Origin: Phycisphaera sp. | GTDB lineage: Bacteria > Planctomycetota > Phycisphaerae > Phycisphaerales > UBA1924 | Assembly (NCBI GenBank): GCA_025916675.1 | Contig: CP098402.1 | Coordinates: forward strand, 55,205 to 119,204 | Direction: 5' to 3' | Length of the DNA stretch: 64,000 nt | Program-made: the position numbers and the translations under genes | Notes under the pieces: generated by a model | What the model saw: the letters and a program-made list of their open reading frames with translations, nothing else | Database searches by the model: none | What the model was told of the DNA's origin: nothing | Shown here: piece by piece, positions 1-7,707 of the stretch | How the letters are laid out: the number at the start of each line of letters is the position of its first letter | Numbering within the stretch: position 1 is the first letter of the stretch

Positions 1-71
1 GGGGCGTGGGCCCTTGGTCACTTCCCTGGCTTGGCGTATCGTCCATCGGCGGCATCCGGTTCCGTGGGCCT

Positions 72-746
72 CTAGCTGCCCGCTCGTGAGAAGTACTGCC
101 CCTCGTCGCCCATGGCGTCGCGGAGGCGATCGTGCGCGCGGGCCCGGAGCATGAACACCGCACCAGTCGAGCGGCCCATCTCCTTGGCGACTTCTTCGAT
201 CGTGTGGCCCGCGAGGTCGTACAGGCGGATGACCCTGGCGTAGTCGGCCGGTAGTGTGGCCAGCATGCGCTCCATCGCCATCACCGCCTCGCCGCGCGCC
301 GCGAAGCGCGAGGGGGTGGCCTTGCTGTCGCCCGCGAGCACCTCGATGAGCGTGGCCGCCGAGTCGTCGGCGTTGCGCGGCGTGTGGGCGCGCTTGGCCG
401 GGTCGGGCCGTTTGGCCGCCTGCGCGGCACGGATGGCGTCGAGCAGGTTATTCTCGGCCACGCGGGACACCCACGCCCGGAAGCCGCCCATGCCCCCGGT
501 CTTGAACTGCGAGATCCGCCCGACCACCTCGATGTAGGTGACCTGCAGCACGTCGTCGGCCTCCACGGTCACCTTCAGCGCGGCTGGGATCTTGCCCTCC
601 AGCCGTGCTCGCAGCATCGGGGCGCATTGCTCCAGGAGTTCGATGAGCGCGTTGCGGTCGCCCCGGATGGCCTGTTTCAGCAACGCCTCGCACGGATCGG
701 ACGCGCCGTCCGCCTTGCCGTCACGATTGGGCTGGTCCTGGATCAT
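72..746 (-). CDS. ECF-type RNA polymerase sigma-70 family factor
   Basis: ORF 72..872(-). Sigma region 2-like segment (DDVLQVTYIEVV...FRAWVSRVAENNLLDAIR) and region 4 HTH (YARVIRLYDLAGHTIEEVAKEMGRSTGAVFMLRARAHDRLR). Start placed at the internal ATG at 746 (MIQDQ) because the longer N-terminus overlaps the next gene; start uncertain. Confidence 0.8.
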   Translation of the reverse strand: MIQDQPNRDGKADGASDPCEALLKQAIRGDRNALIELLEQCAPMLRARLEGKIPAALKVTVEADDVLQVTYIEVVGRISQFKTGGMGGFRAWVSRVAENNLLDAIRAAQAAKRPDPAKRAHTPRNADDSAATLIEVLAGDSKATPSRFAARGEAVMAMERMLATLPADYARVIRLYDLAGHTIEEVAKEMGRSTGAVFMLRARAHDRLRDAMGDEGQYFSRAGS

Positions 747-835
747 GGTCGGTTCCCCCCGGAATCGTTCGTCTCGAGGATTGTAACCGGCGGGGCCGCG
801 TTTCCCCTGAGGTTCGGTGTCCCGAACGTTGGGCA

Positions 836-1885
836 TCATTCCAGCGAATCTGGCGTTTCGGGTGGAGACCATGCCTTGGGCAGCGCAGCCGGGTCGCCCG
901 ACTCACGCGCGTCGCCGCTTTTTGTCCAACTTTCTGGCATCACCAGCGGCAGCAGGGCCAGCAAGGCCACGCCGCCAACGGCCACGCAGGCCCCCAGGAC
1001 AGCACGTGGGGAAACCCTGTCCCCTTGCCAGGCCACCATCGGCAGGATCATGACCGGTGCTAGCGAGCACAGTGTCTGAGCCACCGCCACCGGCGTCAGG
1101 TCGGCCGTCACGAGGCTCATCCACATGCCCAAGAACGGCCCCACGAACGCGCCGAGGGCCGTGAACACCAGCCCGATCTTGAGGGTCCGCGGCGGGATCT
1201 TGATCGCCTTGCGGCTGGCCTGGTACCGCCAGCGGGCGATCAGCACCGGCGTCATGCACACGATGGCCACCGCGATGCGCACCTGCGTGGCGGGCAGCGG
1301 GGCCATGTGGGCCTCCTCGGCCATCCACCCGTGCCCCATGCCGGCCTTGCTCAGCAGCAGCCCGCCGCCCTGGCACATGGAGCCAACCAGAGCCAGAATG
1401 ATCCCCCGAACCCGGTGCGGGTGGGCCTGCTCGTCGGCCCGCATCGTGGGCCGCTCCATGATGACCCACGCCACGCCCGCGATGGTGACCGAGATGCCCA
1501 GCACCGCCGGCCACGCCAACGCCTCGTCCAGCACGATCCACCCCAGCACGGCCGCCCAGATCGGGGCCGTGCTCATCATCAGCAGGCTCAGGCGAGGGCC
1601 GATGTCGACAAAGGCGGTGAACAACGCCTGGTCGCCGATCACGATGCCCACCAGCGACGAGACCGCAAGCAGGATGAACTGCCGGTCGTTGAGCACGGGC
1701 CACAGATCGCCGGTCGTGACCCACACCATGCCCGTCAGCAGCACGATGGCCACGTACAGCCGCAGCCCGTTGACCAGCGTGGGCCCGATCCGCCGCCCAC
1801 CCGCGGCAAAGCACAGGCTGGTGAGCGCCCAGAGCAGGCTGGTGGCTAGCCCGGCGGCGAAGCCGGCGTAGGTGGTGGGGTCCAA
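836..1885 (-). CDS. DMT superfamily (EamA-like) membrane transporter
   Basis: 349-aa ORF, about ten hydrophobic helices in two similar halves (LLWALTSLCFAAGGRRIGP... / ILALVGSMCQGGGLLLSKAG...). Strong G/C third-position bias in this frame. The overlapping ORF 903..2057(-) is Arg/Pro/Gly-rich junk. Confidence 0.7.
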   Translation of the reverse strand: MDPTTYAGFAAGLATSLLWALTSLCFAAGGRRIGPTLVNGLRLYVAIVLLTGMVWVTTGDLWPVLNDRQFILLAVSSLVGIVIGDQALFTAFVDIGPRLSLLMMSTAPIWAAVLGWIVLDEALAWPAVLGISVTIAGVAWVIMERPTMRADEQAHPHRVRGIILALVGSMCQGGGLLLSKAGMGHGWMAEEAHMAPLPATQVRIAVAIVCMTPVLIARWRYQASRKAIKIPPRTLKIGLVFTALGAFVGPFLGMWMSLVTADLTPVAVAQTLCSLAPVMILPMVAWQGDRVSPRAVLGACVAVGGVALLALLPLVMPESWTKSGDARESGDPAALPKAWSPPETPDSLE

Positions 1886-1971
1886 GGGTGTGGCTCCGAC
1901 TGGGGCGGCGGGGTACGGGGCCCAAGCATAGAACAGGGGCGGTCAATCCCATCTCACGCCGTGGAGGAACC

Positions 1972-2919
1972 ATGCAACGACAACTCCTGCTCACCCTGAT
2001 CGCCGCGACCAAGATGTTTCTTGGTGGTTGCATGCACACGATGATTGATCCGGTCATTCCCCACGGGTACCGCGATCAAGTTGCCCAGACAAGCGTGAAG
2101 GCGTTCGATGGCAATACGGGGAAAGAGATCGCTGACTACCAGCTCGACCAGATCACCACCGATGCCGACGCCGTCCTCTTCGGCGAACTCCACGGCCACC
2201 CCGTTGGCCTCCCCGTCGCCGCCGCGATCTGGAAGGACATGCTGAGCGTCCGCGACCGCGACGAGACCCCCGCCCTCCTCCTCGAATTCTTCGAGCGCGA
2301 CCAGCAGCTCGCCATCGACGAATACCTCGGCGGCATGGTCGAAGAGGAAGACTTTATCAAGAAGTCCGGCCGCAGTGCGACGAACTTCCCAGAGGGCCAC
2401 CAGGCGATGTTCAACGTGACTAAGGACGCCGGCGGCGTGGTCATCGCCGCCAACGCCCCGCGCCGCTACGTCCGCCTCGCGCGCACCGAGGGGTACGACC
2501 ACCTCCGCGACCTCAGCCCAGCGCAGCGGTCGACGTTCGTGCTGCCGCGGGGCGACGGACCCCAAGCCTACCGCGACCGCTTCATCGATCTCATGGGCGG
2601 CCCCGACATGATGCACGGCGAGTCGGGCCCAGAAGACTTCCTCCGCTCGCAACTCATGTGGGACGCCACTATGGCCGACAGCGTGGCGACCGCGCTCAAG
2701 GCTGGCCACGAGCCCGTCGCCCTGGTCATCGGCCGCTTCCACGTCGAGTTCGACGGCGCCACGCGCCACTACCTGGAGCGCATGCGCCCCGGCGCCGACG
2801 TGCTGAGCATCGTGATGGTCGATCGCTGGAGCGAAGAATTGGCCGAAGAGGACAAAGGGCGGGGCGATATCGTGATCTACGTCGGGCCGGCCGATCAGGA
2901 TGAGAGCGATGGCTCGTAG
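1972..2919 (+). CDS. ChaN/Tiki-superfamily (haem-binding uptake-like) lipoprotein
   Basis: Start at ATG 1972 gives a signal/lipobox-like N-terminus (MQRQLLLTLIAATKMFLGGC). Motifs remembered from PF04187: FGELHGHP, AANAPRRYV, QLMWDATMADSV, VIGRFHVEF. Confidence 0.6.
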   Translation: MQRQLLLTLIAATKMFLGGCMHTMIDPVIPHGYRDQVAQTSVKAFDGNTGKEIADYQLDQITTDADAVLFGELHGHPVGLPVAAAIWKDMLSVRDRDETPALLLEFFERDQQLAIDEYLGGMVEEEDFIKKSGRSATNFPEGHQAMFNVTKDAGGVVIAANAPRRYVRLARTEGYDHLRDLSPAQRSTFVLPRGDGPQAYRDRFIDLMGGPDMMHGESGPEDFLRSQLMWDATMADSVATALKAGHEPVALVIGRFHVEFDGATRHYLERMRPGADVLSIVMVDRWSEELAEEDKGRGDIVIYVGPADQDESDGS

Positions 2920-2922
2920 TTT

Positions 2923-3501
2923 CTAACGACGTAATAACGCCTCAGTAACAACCTCGATCAGCGTCTCCGCCTCGGGCATCCGCCCCGGCCCCACGTGCCG
3001 GCACGCCTGCCACCCGCTCTCGGCGTCGAGGATCTGATAGCCATCTTCACGAAGTTGTGCAATATTCCGTTGCGTGCTGGGCTGGGCCAGCATCACGCTG
3101 TTCATCGAGGGCGACAGCAGCACGGGTATCTTTGCGCGATCGATGGCGCTCAGGATGAGCGTGATCGGATCGCTGGTGTGGCCGTGCACCAATCGCGCGA
3201 GGCAGTCCATCGTGCATGGTGCGATCAGCGCCAGATTAACACGGTCGGCCAGGTTCACGTGCTGCACGTCGCCCGGGTCGTGGTGGTCCCACACGCCGGT
3301 GACCACCGGGTTGCCGCTCAGTGACTCGAACGTGAGCGGCGTGACGAACTTCGTGGCCGCCTCGGTCATCGCCACGCGCACGTCGCACCCGCGCTGGCTC
3401 AGGCGGCTGACCACCGTGGCCGTCTTGTACGCGGCGATGCCCCCGGTCACGCCGATGAGGACACGGCGGCCGGTCAGGTCGGCTTGGGGCTGGGCCGCCA
3501 T
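2923..3501 (-). CDS. coaC: Phosphopantothenoylcysteine decarboxylase-type flavoprotein (CoaC half only)
   Basis: 192 aa. RVLIGVTGGIAAYKTATVVSRL flavoprotein N-terminus, FVTPLTFESLSGNPV, IAPCTMDCLARLVHGHTSD. No CoaB (synthetase) domain follows. Lies directly downstream of rpoZ, as in many bacteria. Confidence 0.75.
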   Translation of the reverse strand: MAAQPQADLTGRRVLIGVTGGIAAYKTATVVSRLSQRGCDVRVAMTEAATKFVTPLTFESLSGNPVVTGVWDHHDPGDVQHVNLADRVNLALIAPCTMDCLARLVHGHTSDPITLILSAIDRAKIPVLLSPSMNSVMLAQPSTQRNIAQLREDGYQILDAESGWQACRHVGPGRMPEAETLIEVVTEALLRR

Positions 3502-3510
3502 TCGATTCGC

Positions 3511-3765
3511 TTAGAGCAGCGCTTCGCGCGACCGCGTGGGCGCGGGCGGCAGCTCGTCGGCCGTCACCGGCTCGACGAACTCGAGCGTGATCTTGTCCTG
3601 CATGATCTCGTCGATCACCACCTCGAGGTCGCTGCGGCCCTTGCGGTCGACCAGCGGCCGCGAGCCGTCCAGCAGCTCGACCAGGCGGCGCTGGATCAGC
3701 ACGGTCAGCTTGAAGCGGCCGCCGACCTTGTTGGCGATCTCGTTGCTCTTGAGGGCTTCGATCAT
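3511..3765 (-). CDS. rpoZ: DNA-directed RNA polymerase subunit omega
   Basis: Start at ATG 3765 (MIEALKSNEIANKVGGRFKLTVLIQRRLVELLDG...), about 84 aa. The NKVGGRF.L..L...R motif pattern is typical of RpoZ. Conserved position upstream of coaC. Confidence 0.75.
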   Translation of the reverse strand: MIEALKSNEIANKVGGRFKLTVLIQRRLVELLDGSRPLVDRKGRSDLEVVIDEIMQDKITLEFVEPVTADELPPAPTRSREALL

Positions 3766-3932
3766 GGCTGTTGGGGGCTCCCAGATGATGCACAGCACGC
3801 ACAATCAGCACCCACACCGGATCGCCGGGTGGCGCTGGGCTGTCCTTGGCGAAGAACCCAATAGTAGGCCGCCAGCCCCCAGTTCGGGGAGCTACCATCG
3901 GCTCCGAAGACCCAGAGCCGAGGAGGGCAGGG

Positions 3933-4499
3933 GTGCAAAGCAGCGTGGCCGAAGTGAAGAAGGGCGACCGCGTCCGCCTGTCGACGCGTCCCGAGTGGGG
4001 GCACGGCGAGGTGCTGAGCGTGATCTCCACGATCATCGATAGCGAGCCGACCCGCAAGGTCCGCATCCGCTTCGCCCGAGCGGGCGTGCGGGAAGTGATC
4101 GATTCGCCCGCACTCGCACCCACCGAGGGCGGCCCGGTCAACCTCCAGCCCGCCGCCCTGATCGCCAGCATGATCGCCATGCCCGAGCACCTGCTTGACG
4201 CCCTGCGGCCCTTGCCCGACCGATTCCGTGATACAGGGGCCATGTTCCGCTTCCACGGGGGCGGCGGCTCGCTCATCGATTGGGCCGCGACGCAGACGGG
4301 GCTGGTCGATCCGTTATCGGAGCTTCCCCGCCACGAGATCGAGAACGCCTTCGTCCAGTTCCGGCGGGCCCTGGAAGACCACCTTCGAAATCTTGGCCGC
4401 ACGATGAAGCACGAGAACGAGGCCGAGTTCCGCCGGATCGCGTTGCAGATGCCCAACGACGCCCAGGACGTGTTGCGCGGACGCAACGTCCGGCGTTGA
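3933..4499 (+). CDS. Hypothetical protein with DUF3553-like N-terminal motif
   Basis: ORF 3846..4499. GTG at 3933 is preceded by AGGAGG with 5-6 nt spacing, so I prefer it; ATG 3846 is the alternative. KKGDRVRLSTRPEWGHGEVLSV resembles the DUF3553 core as I remember it. Good GC3 bias. Confidence 0.5.
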   Translation: MQSSVAEVKKGDRVRLSTRPEWGHGEVLSVISTIIDSEPTRKVRIRFARAGVREVIDSPALAPTEGGPVNLQPAALIASMIAMPEHLLDALRPLPDRFRDTGAMFRFHGGGGSLIDWAATQTGLVDPLSELPRHEIENAFVQFRRALEDHLRNLGRTMKHENEAEFRRIALQMPNDAQDVLRGRNVRR

Positions 4500-4568
4500 C
4501 CGGGCACCACAGCCGGGACACGCGGCCACGAGGCCCCGTTTCGCCCAGCCGTCACAGATGGACCGAGA

Positions 4569-4600
4569 ACCGCCCTGGTAAGTCGTCAGGGCGGTTTTTA
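4569..4600 (+). terminator. Rho-independent terminator
   Basis: Stem ACCGCCCTG (4569-4577) / CAGGGCGGT (4587-4595) with a 9-nt loop, followed by TTTTTA. Lies 70 nt after the stop at 4499. Confidence 0.55.
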
Positions 4601-4717
4601 TTGGACTGAGCGCAATTGGTGCCCGGCGGTTGGCATGGCGGCGCGGCGGTTGTATCTGTATTTGGCACAGGCCGCGGGGGCGGACAACACGCAGAGATAC
4701 GAACGACGGAGGCCACC

Positions 4718-4993
4718 ATGAACGATCGCGACTTCCACACCCGGCTCGGCGAGCTGCTCACCAAGATCAACGACATGCCCGAGGGCGAGCGCGATCGCCT
4801 CCGCCAGCTCGCCGACGAGACCAAGACCCGCCACGACCGCGTGAAGAAGGCCATCGGCGAGATGCAGGAGTCCCTCGACTACCTCCGCCTGAGCGTGAAG
4901 TACCTCGTGTTCGATCTGGAAGCCACCCGCCGCGAGAACCGCTACCTCCGCGACATGCTGGCCCGCTCGGCCGGCGAAGAGGCGGGCGAGTAA
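4718..4993 (+). CDS. Small coiled-coil hypothetical protein
   Basis: ATG 4718 preceded by GGAGG about 9 nt upstream. 91 aa, heptad-like charged helices (MNDRDFHTRLGELLTKINDMPEGERDRLRQLADETKTRH...). Followed by a terminator. Confidence 0.55.
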   Translation: MNDRDFHTRLGELLTKINDMPEGERDRLRQLADETKTRHDRVKKAIGEMQESLDYLRLSVKYLVFDLEATRRENRYLRDMLARSAGEEAGE

Positions 4994-5056
4994 GAAGCCC
5001 CGACGCTGCAGACACGTGCCCACCCGCCGAAAGGCGGCCCGGCGCCTTGCCCTTCG

Positions 5057-5092
5057 CGCGCCCGATCCAGACGTGGGTCGGGCGCGTTTTTT
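5057..5092 (+). terminator. Rho-independent terminator
   Basis: Stem CGCGCCCGA (5057-5065) / TCGGGCGCG (5078-5086) followed by TTTTTT (5087-5092). Confidence 0.55.
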
Positions 5093-5099
5093 GATCGGC

Positions 5100-5948
5100 T
5101 CAGCCCTTGCTATACCCCGCACCATCACACTCGGCTCGCGCGACGAACGGCGGCTGGCCCGGCTGGATGATCTCGTTCGGGCCGACGAACAAGGTGCCAT
5201 CGCCGGCGAGCTGGTCGTGGAAGGTGCCCAGCACCTGCCGCCGGGTGTCGTCATCGAAGCGCGACAGTGTGTCGCGGCAGAAGATGGCGTCCCACGTGCC
5301 GTACTGCCTCGCGCCGAAGCGGTCGGTCAGGTTGTGGGGCTCGAGGCCGACGAGTTGCAGGATGTCGTCGCTGAGCACCCAGTTGCTAGCGTTCTGCTTG
5401 AAGTAGCGTCGCTTGAGGTGGTCGGGCGTGGCTTGCAGTGCGGCGGTGTCGTAGGTGCCGCTGTTGGCGATGGCCAAGCGCCGCTCGGAGAGGTCGGTGC
5501 CCAGAATCTCGATATGCCAATCCCCAACGCGCACGCCCAGGGTGTTGTGGACGATCATGGCCAGCGTGTAGGGCTCCGCGCCGTTGCCACACCCAGCCGA
5601 CCAGAGGCGCAGGTGCTTGGTGTCCTTGCGGGCCTCGATCAGCTCGGGCAGCACAGTGTGCTGGAAGACCTCCATCTGGGCCTGGTGGTCGAAGAAGGCC
5701 GGTTCGCTCGGGTCGAGCCGTGTGAGGAGTTCCTGGAACTCGTCGTGCTGGTAGGGCCCCATCGAGAGGAACTTGGCGTACTGGGCGAACGTGTCGAGGT
5801 CCAGCTCTCGCAGGCGGCCCACCAGGCGGCATTGCAACCCCTCGCGTTGCTCGGGGTCGAGTCGGACGCTCGCGCGGTCGTGGACGATCCTGGCGAGGGC
5901 GTCGAAGTCGGCGTCGCTCAGGACGGGCGTGGCCTTGGTGCTGGACAT
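5100..5948 (-). CDS. cheR: CheR-type protein-glutamate O-methyltransferase
   Basis: Start at ATG 5948 (MSSTK). N-terminal all-helical CheR_N-like region (FDALARIVHDRASVRLDPEQREGLQCRLVGRLREL) and SAM-binding core (LRLWSAGCGNGAEPYTLAMIV, ILGTDLSERRLAIANSGTY, DAIFCRDTLSRFDDDTRRQVL). Confidence 0.8.
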   Translation of the reverse strand: MSSTKATPVLSDADFDALARIVHDRASVRLDPEQREGLQCRLVGRLRELDLDTFAQYAKFLSMGPYQHDEFQELLTRLDPSEPAFFDHQAQMEVFQHTVLPELIEARKDTKHLRLWSAGCGNGAEPYTLAMIVHNTLGVRVGDWHIEILGTDLSERRLAIANSGTYDTAALQATPDHLKRRYFKQNASNWVLSDDILQLVGLEPHNLTDRFGARQYGTWDAIFCRDTLSRFDDDTRRQVLGTFHDQLAGDGTLFVGPNEIIQPGQPPFVARAECDGAGYSKG

Positions 5949-6085
5949 GACGGGCTCCCTATCGATGGGCGCGCGGCCCAATACCAAACCATCGGTCCGA
6001 AAAGCACCGGGGTTGATCTGGAGTGGTCGATCGGGTTGTGCGGGGGCCGGTGTCCGGCTATCGGACGGGCCAGCGGCCAGAGAAA

Positions 6086-6169
6086 TGCCCAGGAGAGGAC
6101 TCGAACCTCCACCCTGTTTCCAGGACTACCACCTCAAGGTAGCGCGTCTGCCAGTTCCGCCACCTGGGC
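6086..6169 (-). tRNA. tRNA-Leu (anticodon GAG)
   Basis: Reverse complement reads GCCCAGGTGGCGGAACTGGCAGACGCGCTACCTTGAGGTGGTAGTCCTGGAAACAGGGTGGAGGTTCGAGTCCTCTCCTGGGCA. 7-bp acceptor stem, anticodon stem CTACC/GGTAG with loop TTGAGGT, long variable arm typical of Leu, T-loop GGTTCGAGTCC. CCA is not encoded. Confidence 0.9.
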
Positions 6170-6287
6170 AAAGAGGGGCGAGCCGGGATTCCCGGCGCGG
6201 GGTGAGCATAGCGACCGAGCCGTCGGCTGTCGAGCGTACCATGCGCATCGCACGCTCGGCACCGCCGACCAAGCCTGAGGAGGGCCC

Positions 6288-6788
6288 ATGCCCCAGTCCG
6301 GATCGACCTCCAGCGCCGCCCCCGCGGCCTTCGCCACCCTGCTCGACAACGTCCGCCAGAAGGCCGACAAGGCCGGCGTGTTCGCTAGTTGCGAGGTGGC
6401 CGATGGCCGGCTCGACTGCCGGGCCGATGGGTCGGCCGAGCAGGCCTGGTACCGCGTGCGCTGGGATGGTGGCAAGGTGTGGGTCGCACTCGAGATGGCC
6501 GACAGGTGGCAGAGCGAGTCGATCGAGGCCGAGCTGGTCCACTCGGGCGACAAGCTCGACGAACTGATCGAAGAGGAGATGGTCGACCTGGGCTACGAGG
6601 GCCCGCGGCCGACCTTCGAGCACTTCCGGTCCGACGACATGCTGTTCACGTTCCGCTCACCCGCGAACGTGCCGGCCGACGCGTTCGACAGCGAAAACAG
6701 CAGCAACGCCGTGGCGTTGCTGCTGCTTGGCTACGAGGCGTGCTTCCGCCAGCTTGGTGATATGAACGCCGAGAACGACGAAGAGTAA
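6288..6788 (+). CDS. Hypothetical acidic cytoplasmic protein
   Basis: 166-aa ORF with strong GC3 bias and no recognisable motif (…WYRVRWDGGKVWVALEMADRWQSESIEAELVHSGDKLDELIEEE…). Confidence 0.55.
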   Translation: MPQSGSTSSAAPAAFATLLDNVRQKADKAGVFASCEVADGRLDCRADGSAEQAWYRVRWDGGKVWVALEMADRWQSESIEAELVHSGDKLDELIEEEMVDLGYEGPRPTFEHFRSDDMLFTFRSPANVPADAFDSENSSNAVALLLLGYEACFRQLGDMNAENDEE

Positions 6789-6855
6789 TTGTGACGGGCT
6801 CAGCGTGGCTTCTGTTTGGAGATCGGCCGCCGGGCTGGTTCCGCCCGGTGCGGCT

Positions 6856-7158
6856 TCACGAATCGCCGATCGAGCCGCCGTCTTCGATAAACTTCTGCTG
6901 ATCTTCGGCCAGCTTCTGCCGCTCGGCCTCGGTCTGTTGCGGCGCCGGGGTTGGCGTCACGACCTGACCCTGGCTGTTGCGAACCGGCCCGCCAAACGGC
7001 GAAGGGATAAGCCCGGTCTGCATGCCAATAAACACGCCGGCGACAACGAACAGCACGCCGGCGACGGCGCCCTTGATGACCTTGGGGTTCGGACCCGACG
7101 ACTTCGGCTTCTGGGTACTCGGATCCTTGACATCGATACCGTCGAGCAATGAAGACAT
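6856..7158 (-). CDS. Small single-pass membrane protein (paralog 2 of a tandem pair)
   Basis: 100 aa. MSSLLDGIDV...GPNPKVIKGAVAGVLFVVAGVFIGMQTGLIP...FIEDGGSIGDS. Collinear similarity to ORF 7255..7563. Confidence 0.6.
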   Translation of the reverse strand: MSSLLDGIDVKDPSTQKPKSSGPNPKVIKGAVAGVLFVVAGVFIGMQTGLIPSPFGGPVRNSQGQVVTPTPAPQQTEAERQKLAEDQQKFIEDGGSIGDS

Positions 7159-7254
7159 CAGATAACCTCCTCGCGAGGGGCCGGTGTTGGCCGGTCCGCT
7201 GTGGGATCCGGGCTGCTCAAGCTATCGGTCGGACACAACCCGGCCGGTGTGATC

Positions 7255-7563
7255 TCAGGAGCCGCCGATGGTTCCGCCGCGGCGGATGAATTCTTCCTCT
7301 TCCTGCTTGAGCCTCTCGGTGTGCTCCTTCACCTCGGCATCAGACGGCGGGACGTATTCAACCGACTCGCCTTGCTTGTTGGTGACGGAATCTCCACCCC
7401 ACGGGGCGGGGATGATGCCGAAGTTCATGGCCAGGACGACGGCGGCGAGCAGGAATAGCACGCCCGCGATGGCACCCTTGATGACCTTCGGGTTGGGGCC
7501 GCCGGAGGAACTGGAAGAACTGCTGTTGTCCGCGACATCGATGCCGTCGAGAAGTGATGACAT
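7255..7563 (-). CDS. Small single-pass membrane protein (paralog 1 of a tandem pair)
   Basis: 102 aa. MSSLLDGIDV...GPNPKVIKGAIAGVLFLLAAVVLAMNFGIIP...FIRRGGTIGGS. Same architecture as 6856..7158. Confidence 0.6.
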   Translation of the reverse strand: MSSLLDGIDVADNSSSSSSSGGPNPKVIKGAIAGVLFLLAAVVLAMNFGIIPAPWGGDSVTNKQGESVEYVPPSDAEVKEHTERLKQEEEEFIRRGGTIGGS

Positions 7564-7707
7564 GGGGAGCCTCCGATTCGGTTCGTGCCGGGAACTGGAT
7601 AGCCCGGGCTTTCGTGTACGGCGGGAACGACCGCCATCCGACCGCTGATTTTAGTCGGACCCTGACAGGAATATGCTACGCAAATCGTGGCCAGCGGTTT
7701 TGCGGGA

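Noticed and set aside
903-4555. ORFs 903..2057(-), 1954..2769(-) and 3236..4555(-), plus other long alternative frames in the first 5 kb.
   Set aside because: They are out of frame or antisense to motif-bearing genes (DMT transporter, ChaN-like, CoaC, RpoZ). Arg/Pro/Gly-rich composition is typical of GC-rich non-coding frames.
5016-6278. 420-aa + strand ORF spanning cheR and the tRNA-Leu gene.
   Set aside because: It is antisense to a well-supported CheR gene and runs straight through a canonical tRNA. No motifs.
6000-6290. Integrase or genomic island adjacent to tRNA-Leu.
   Set aside because: No integrase-like ORF, direct repeat of the tRNA 3' end or compositional shift occurs next to the tRNA. 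Flanking genes have native composition.
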